A stretch of DNA of 42,774 nt from a virus, in IMG/VR virus record IMGVR_UViG_3300031372_000018, positions 1-42,774 of that record; one strand, 5' to 3'. Each line of letters begins with the position of its first letter. Position 1 is the stretch's first letter. The notes below the pieces were generated by a model. The model was given only the letters and a program-made list of their open reading frames with translations. It ran no database searches and had not been told where the DNA came from. The position numbers and the translations under genes are program-made. Positions 39,487 to 42,774 of this stretch are shown piece by piece.

Positions 39487-40351
39487 CTACGACTACAAGG
39501 ACGTATCCAGCGCCGCAACAGGCTTATGGGATGCTATCCTGCCCGCCATGGGCGTAGAGCTACGCAAGCTCGACAAGAACGGCCCTTGCGTGCTGTGCGG
39601 AGGAAATGACCGCGCACACTTCTTCGAGCGCCAGGGCCGCATCATGAATTACTGCCGCCACGGCTGCGGTAACTCTGGCCCTGGCAACGAGGTCAGCACT
39701 CCCGAGCATCTACTCATGGAGGTCAATCGTTGGTCATTTCCCGAGATGGTTGCGGCGGTTGCCGAATTCCTCAATGTCACGCCACGCGAACAGCTTGACC
39801 AATATCGCGTCATCGCCGCCACCCGAGTGCAAAAACAGCTGGTGCGACCAGACACTCACATCGAAAATCCCGAGCGCGCCAAGTCGCTGCTCGCCCAATG
39901 CACAGATATCGAAACCCACATGTACCTGCTTTCCAACAACACCGCCGCATTCACAACTCAGAGATCTCTCAAGGACACGCTGGTCGTACAGCTGCACAAC
40001 CAAGCGGGCGAACTGGTAAACCTTGCCGCCATCAAGGCCAATGGCGATATCCGCTATTGCGCCCAAGGTATCAGCTATGGCGCCATAGCCACCCTTGAGC
40101 CCGCGCACGAGCCGGATGGCGCAACGCTTCTGACCATCGACTATGCCGAGGCCTGGCGGATATGGTGGATGATGAAGGGCAAGTCCAAGGTCATCTGCGC
40201 CATGAGTTGGGAGAATGCCAAGTGGATTGCAGACAAGCAGCGCGAACGATTCACGCACGTCGCATGCGGATCCGAGCACGCCGAATACTTCGAGGACTAT
40301 GGCCACGAGGTGATCTTGATTCCGGCGCCATACGCTGCTAAGGTGGCCTGA
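39479..40351 (+). CDS. Primase-like protein: P4-type zinc ribbon plus degenerate Toprim-like region
   Basis: 290 aa from ATG 39479. GPCVLCGGNDRAHFFERQGRIMNYCRHGCG matches the Prim_Zn_Ribbon pattern CPxCGGxDRF...C..CG. In the C-terminal region I could not find a clear Toprim E or DxD. Confidence 0.6.
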   Translation: MANYDYKDVSSAATGLWDAILPAMGVELRKLDKNGPCVLCGGNDRAHFFERQGRIMNYCRHGCGNSGPGNEVSTPEHLLMEVNRWSFPEMVAAVAEFLNVTPREQLDQYRVIAATRVQKQLVRPDTHIENPERAKSLLAQCTDIETHMYLLSNNTAAFTTQRSLKDTLVVQLHNQAGELVNLAAIKANGDIRYCAQGISYGAIATLEPAHEPDGATLLTIDYAEAWRIWWMMKGKSKVICAMSWENAKWIADKQRERFTHVACGSEHAEYFEDYGHEVILIPAPYAAKVA

Positions 40352-40384
40352 GCGAGCGCCATCACCCTCTCTGGTTAGCTCGCG

Positions 40385-40408
40385 GCCTCACTTCGGTGGG
40401 GCTTTTTT
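40385..40408 (+). terminator. Rho-independent terminator
   Basis: GCCTCAC (40385-40391) pairs with GTGGGGC (40396-40402) around a TTCG loop, followed by TTTTTT (40403-40408). Confidence 0.85.
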
Positions 40409-40411
40409 ATG

Positions 40412-40440
40412 GGCGAAAGAAAGCCCGCGCATGGCGGGCT
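40412..40440 (-). terminator. Rho-independent terminator for the leftward operon
   Basis: AGCCCGC (40422-40428) pairs with GCGGGCT (40434-40440). On the minus strand it is followed by TTTCTTTC. The stem is nearly identical to the terminator at 13604-13622. Confidence 0.75.
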
Positions 40441-40457
40441 GAGTGACAATCCTGAAT

Positions 40458-40670
40458 CTATTTGGCGAGCAATTCCTTGGCCTTCTCCGGAGTGGCGCAG
40501 AAGTAATGGTCCTGGGTTTCTACTGGCTGGGAGTTGATAGCCTCTGCGGTGCCATCGCAGAAAGCTACGCCGACATGATCATTGCCGAAGCGGGCGATCT
40601 CAACGACCTGAGAGTCGCCGAAGTTGCCGTAGATGGTGGCCAGGAGCACAGCGGATGTGACGAATGACAT
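40458..40670 (-). CDS. Small protein with signal-peptide-like N-terminus (70 aa), stand-alone transcription unit
   Basis: GAGAGGG RBS; N-terminus MSFVTSAVLLATIYG. It has its own promoter upstream and its own terminator downstream. Confidence 0.65.
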   Translation of the reverse strand: MSFVTSAVLLATIYGNFGDSQVVEIARFGNDHVGVAFCDGTAEAINSQPVETQDHYFCATPEKAKELLAK

Positions 40671-40699
40671 TGTGAATCCCTCTCTGTTTGTGTGCGCTG

Positions 40700-40728
40700 A
40701 CTATAGCGCCTTGACTATCGGATAGCAA
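40700..40728 (-). promoter_or_regulatory. Sigma70-like promoter with operator-like palindrome
   Basis: On the minus strand: TTGCTA (40723-40728), 17-nt spacer starting TCCGATAGT, TATAGT (40700-40705). The palindrome GGATAG-TTG-CTATCC (40720-40734) overlaps the -35. Confidence 0.6.
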
Positions 40729-40896
40729 CTATCCAAGAATTCTTTTGATCTCAACCTTCACTGCATCCTGATCCGCGCACCTCGCAGGATCACCACCATC
40801 CACCGAAAGCCAGTACGCAGGCTCAGGCGTCAGTGACTTATACAGCCTGAAGCGGCCCTGAACCCAGGTGTTAGGGCCTATTGATTGCCAGGACAT
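40729..40896 (-). CDS. Hypothetical protein (55 aa)
   Basis: My own translation is MSWQSIGPNTWVQGRFRLYKSLTPEPAYWLSVDGGDPARCADQDAVKVEIKRILG. The ATG lies 2 nt after the upstream stop. It is below the track cutoff. Confidence 0.45.
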   Translation of the reverse strand: MSWQSIGPNTWVQGRFRLYKSLTPEPAYWLSVDGGDPARCADQDAVKVEIKRILG

Positions 40897-40898
40897 GG

Positions 40899-41117
40899 CT
40901 AGTCCTCGGGGTAGGGGTTGGGTTCGGCTGGGTCACTGGCCTCAATAGATCCGCTTCCACCACAATCAGGGCAAGAATCCATGTTAGGTTCCGGAGGCTG
41001 CCATTCGCCGAAATATTGATAACCTCCTACGAATACCTCTCCTGAACCGCCGCAAGTCTCGCACTCATCATCCTCTGGCGGGTCTAGTGGGCGGTCGCCG
41101 ATGTAGATGCGGTTCAT
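40899..41117 (-). CDS. Mini zinc-finger protein with two DnaJ-type CxxCxGxG motifs (72 aa)
   Basis: CETCGGSG and CPDCGGSG motifs in an acidic, Pro-rich context. ATGA overlap with the HNH stop. Confidence 0.65.
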   Translation of the reverse strand: MNRIYIGDRPLDPPEDDECETCGGSGEVFVGGYQYFGEWQPPEPNMDSCPDCGGSGSIEASDPAEPNPYPED

Positions 41118-41707
41118 TGGTCATTCCCTCTGACTTTTAGATTCTTTGGAAGTGCCGCCCAACTAGCTGGATGCATAGCGCCCTTGCTGGTATTGCATGC
41201 AGGACAAAGCAGCATGAGGTTAGATGGCCAGTTGGTACCGCCCAACTTTATTGGGACTATATGATCAACATGATAGCGCTTAGATATATTCGTGGAACAC
41301 CAGAAGCATCTGCTGAATTGAGACCGCATCATATTAACTATATCTTGCTTCGAAAAAAATCCCTCAAGTTTTGACCTTCTTTTTACTCTAGCTATCATCT
41401 CATCCCTATTGGCTTGATAATGTTTCCTCTGAGACTCCCTTGTCTTCTCAGGAAAATTTGTTCTATACCTAGCCATATATTCGCGCTTTTTCTGTAGATG
41501 CTTTTGGCTGTTTATCCTACTAATTTCAGCATGAAACAAAGGATCTGAAGCATACCTATCTCTCATTTTTATCCTATGACAAGATACACAATTTCCATTT
41601 TTTGAATACCTTATATCTATATGTTTTCTGCAGCAAGGCAGCCCAGTAAAATAATGAGAAAGCCCAAACTCTATTGCCACCCTTCTTGATATTAAATGAG
41701 CAATCAT
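41114..41707 (-). CDS. HNH endonuclease (second copy, AT-rich)
   Basis: 197 aa from ATG 41707 (the track ORF extends to 41860 across the upstream gene end). HNH core is VDHIVPIKLGGTNWPSNLMLLCPACNTSKG. A hand count gives 40 G+C in 100 nt at 41401-41500. Confidence 0.75.
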   Translation of the reverse strand: MIAHLISRRVAIEFGLSHYFTGLPCCRKHIDIRYSKNGNCVSCHRIKMRDRYASDPLFHAEISRINSQKHLQKKREYMARYRTNFPEKTRESQRKHYQANRDEMIARVKRRSKLEGFFSKQDIVNMMRSQFSRCFWCSTNISKRYHVDHIVPIKLGGTNWPSNLMLLCPACNTSKGAMHPASWAALPKNLKVRGNDQ

Positions 41708-41744
41708 GGTCGGTAGCCTGGGGTTTTTATGGTCCAGATGCGTT

Positions 41745-42035
41745 TCATTGCTCCAGCCTCTTATGGAATGATTCCAAAGCCTGCTTGCGGCGGTTGATAA
41801 AGTCCTTCTCGACCTTAGCGTACTTGGAGCCCTTACCCGCTCGATCGCTAAAATATTCAAGCCAGAGCTTTGGTGAAAATCTGCAGAACTCCTCGATCTG
41901 CATACGAAGGAATTTGCATTTCATTTGCAGTGCAAATTCCTCTTTTTGCATGTCCAGCATTTCCGAGCGCAGAGTCTCAAGCTCATTCTTGAGAGCATTG
42001 ATGGTTGCGTCCTTTGACCGTGATGAAAATATCAT
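41745..42035 (-). CDS. Hypothetical coiled-coil protein (96 aa)
   Basis: Track ORF with ATGA coupling. Sequence is heptad-like. Confidence 0.6.
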   Translation of the reverse strand: MIFSSRSKDATINALKNELETLRSEMLDMQKEEFALQMKCKFLRMQIEEFCRFSPKLWLEYFSDRAGKGSKYAKVEKDFINRRKQALESFHKRLEQ

Positions 42036-42319
42036 GGCTTCACCTTCAAGCCTGCGGCTTCAATGGCTTTGCGCGCCTGATCCAAACCCCGCTCAACTCC
42101 ATCGGCAAGGCCTTCTCTGTAGCTGCTTGAATTTCGAGGTGCCGCCTCCGCCTCCGGGAGCTCAAACACCACGGCGGCGCGCGAGGCTTGCCATGCTTGA
42201 TGAGCCAGATGAGCGGGGAATTCTTTGAAGCAATTACGCTCAGCCTGCCACTCTGCTTCGAGTCCATGCTCTTCGAGAAGCCAGACCTCGAACTCTTCGC
42301 GCATCTTATCGATACTCAT
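42032..42319 (-). CDS. Hypothetical protein (95 aa)
   Basis: ATG 42319 is preceded by GGAGAGGGAAATA. The track start at 42334 has no RBS. Confidence 0.6.
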   Translation of the reverse strand: MSIDKMREEFEVWLLEEHGLEAEWQAERNCFKEFPAHLAHQAWQASRAAVVFELPEAEAAPRNSSSYREGLADGVERGLDQARKAIEAAGLKVKP

Positions 42320-42334
42320 TATTTCCCTCTCCAT

Positions 42335-42774
42335 TCAGATTTGCACATCGCCCACGGAAATAAATTTCCCGTGCTTCATGAGATAGCCCTTGTCTTTGCT
42401 CTTGGCCAGATTGCGTGAAAATGACTTCCGCGCACTGTCCGGCTTGGTGCCCTCGGAGATCTTCTTGCCCATGAACTCCTTCTTGAGGTCGTCCTCGGTC
42501 ATAGACTTACCGCTGGCCGTGTTTGCCTTGACGATGCGGACCAGGTCTTTCAGATCGCCAACCTCGAACACGGTCATTTCCTCGTCATCTTCCTTGTCCG
42601 GATCCGCCATTGAGCCCTTCGACTCAAGGATGGGCACCAGGCTTTTGCGCTCGCGATCCTTGTGATCCTTTATGCCCAGATGAACCGACTGCAGCGCAAA
42701 GCGCATGTCCTCCGCCTCGTCGATGTCCTTCTGCTTCTCGTTCCTGAAAAGCGCCTGCAGATGGTTTGGCCGCG
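42335..42774 (-). CDS. C-terminal part of the RecA-fold helicase that starts at 935 (wraps the junction)
   Basis: The stop is at 42335-42337. Bases 42648-42774 duplicate 1-127. Same reading frame as the 1-935 segment. Confidence 0.8.
   Translation of the reverse strand, partial: RPNHLQALFRNEKQKDIDEAEDMRFALQSVHLGIKDHKDRERKSLVPILESKGSMADPDKEDDEEMTVFEVGDLKDLVRIVKANTASGKSMTEDDLKKEFMGKKISEGTKPDSARKSFSRNLAKSKDKGYLMKHGKFISVGDVQI
42648..42774. repeat. Window-end duplication (identical to 1-127)
   Basis: See the feature at 1-127. Confidence 0.95.

Noticed and set aside
42648-42774. The 127-nt end duplication interpreted as a physical direct terminal repeat of the virion DNA
   Set aside because: The length equals a standard assembler k-mer, and the repeat falls in the middle of the helicase coding sequence. 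Assembly closure of a circular or permuted genome is the simpler explanation. It cannot be settled without reads.

Overview
The window is a complete tailed-phage genome. Bases 1-127 are identical to bases 42648-42774, so the unique sequence is 42,647 bp and is circular or circularly permuted. Because 127 is also a common assembler k-mer, the duplication may be an assembly closure and not a physical terminal repeat. Typical stretches are about 57% G+C by hand count. The host may be Pseudomonas-like; this is inferred from composition and recalled motifs only.

Rightward (+) late region:
- 1979-7673: small membrane gene, terS, terL, portal and a Mu-F-like head gene.
- 7674-13687: a roughly 6 kb accessory island that interrupts the head module. 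It holds an ORF-free, helix-rich stretch ending in an intrinsic terminator, two promoter-driven cassettes of small translationally coupled ORFs, and a reverse-strand collagen-like gene pair.
- 13688-32985: scaffold, decoration-like protein, major capsid, connectors, sheath, tube, chaperone (probable -1 frameshift), tape measure, beta-helix spike, baseplate, Gly-rich fibre, and a lysis cassette with nested Rz/Rz1.

Leftward (-) early region:
- RecE-like exonuclease plus a partner with an SSB-like acidic tail.
- VRR-NUC nuclease, an SF2 helicase with zinc ribbons, and a ParB-like protein.
- Two AT-rich HNH endonuclease genes and several small ORFs.
- A RecA-fold helicase gene that wraps the window ends.

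A short rightward operon (38708-40351) encodes a tandem-HTH regulator and a zinc-ribbon primase-like protein.

I recognised no integrase, transposase, ParA, DNA polymerase, tRNA, rRNA or CRISPR array by eye.

Most notable observations:
1. A dense array of CCGGACA/TGTCCGG motifs lies between divergent promoters, next to an AT-rich tract. It could be an origin, centromere or pac site.
2. The early-promoter-driven accessory island sits at the Mu-F/scaffold junction. This is the position where Mu-like Pseudomonas phages carry anti-CRISPR loci. It includes a candidate structured RNA.
3. A shared promoter/operator family (TTGnnn-nn-CGATAGT...TATAGT, with a GATAGT-n-ACTATC palindrome) links the accessory cassettes to the early operons.

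All functional calls rest on motifs recalled from memory and on gene order. No database search was possible.
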